From the NCBI RefSeq assembly GCF_000143415.4, contig NW_003314330.1:310001-374000 (forward strand): a stretch of 64,000 nt of DNA, read 5' to 3'. A program made the position numbers and the translations under genes. The notes beneath the pieces were generated by a model. That model saw nothing but the letters and a program-made list of their open reading frames with translations. It was not told the DNA's origin and searched no databases. Shown piece by piece: positions 63,325 through 64,000 of this stretch. Position 1 is the stretch's first letter. The number at the start of each line of letters is the position of its first letter. The stretch is from Selaginella moellendorffii (Eukaryota; Plantae; Lycopodiophyta).

Positions 63325-64000
63325 TCACTGATGATTTGAACTTGAATTTGGGCTTTTGATAAGACCGTGCAAGCGAGGAGGACTGATTCTATAGCAATGA
63401 AAAAGGAGGAGCAAAGAATTCGAATCACTGTTTCCTACTGACGGCAGGACGATCCTTGTCTCTCCCAAATGTGTACAAAGAATATTTACAGTAGAAAGGG
63501 AGAAGACACTGTTTTTCTGTTTCTCAAAAGACCATTGCCGCTCATTTGCTTTCTTCAAATTGCTGTAATTGGCGTACCTTGTCTGATGTTGTGATATAAA
63601 GCTGAGTAAGCATTACGGCCATTAAGATGGCAACGAGCTCGTGCTCGACTATCGCTCAGCGTTCGCCTGTAAAAATTTTGAACTGGCCTCTCCAGGCCAT
63701 GATCCAAGAACATAAGCGTCCAAGCCGACTGCACTAGAGACATGTTTAGTCAGTTGTTATGAGGCATACAAAAAAAAACAGTGGAAGCTGACCAAAAACT
63801 TACGAAAGATGAAGCACAAGCAAGCAGAGCAAGGAAGCATTCAGGCTCTCCAACAAAAAAGAAAGGCGACCATGGAAACAAACTTTAGAAACGAAAGCAA
63901 ACAAAGAAGAGAAAGCTTACGGCGAATAGCAGCGAGCGCGAGGGAGTCCAGTCCCGAAAGCAGAGTGAGAACCGGAAGTAGGAACACATCCTTCATCGTC
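63325..64000 (-). other. Possible spliced gene fragment of unknown product
   Basis: Minus-strand GTAAG/GTACG donors and pyrimidine-AG acceptors at typical intron spacing; no recognisable motif. Confidence 0.25.

Overview
Eukaryotic plant DNA, most likely the lycophyte Selaginella moellendorffii: introns are mostly about 45-90 bp, genes are tightly packed, PPR genes are numerous and an SmMTPSL-type terpene synthase is present. The left part (1-24 kb) is an accessory zone. It holds an intronless root-type FNR-like ORF with no transit peptide, a tRNA-Val pseudogene, a nest of LTR retrotransposons, and a decayed duplicated block (FNR pseudogene, internally deleted MTPSL gene, MTPSL fragments). 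From 24 to 50 kb is a dense gene island: GONST, PLS-PPR, BAP31, BRCA1, truncated eIF5, Hyp-O-galactosyltransferase, a possible NTPase remnant, MPB2C-like, an RGS1-type 7TM protein lacking the RGS domain, P-class PPR, NAPRT, GDPD4, and a predicted gene fusing a PAXX/XLF-like head to a catalytically dead Crypton/DUF3504 recombinase-like domain. The right part has a younger Gypsy element, a SAAL1-like gene and a PLS-PPR gene whose 3' end overlaps it. The top candidates for novelty are the PAXX-Crypton fusion, the RGS-less 7TM protein and the FNR-like/MTPSL linkage. All family assignments come from recalled motifs and hand-built exon chains; no database search was run.
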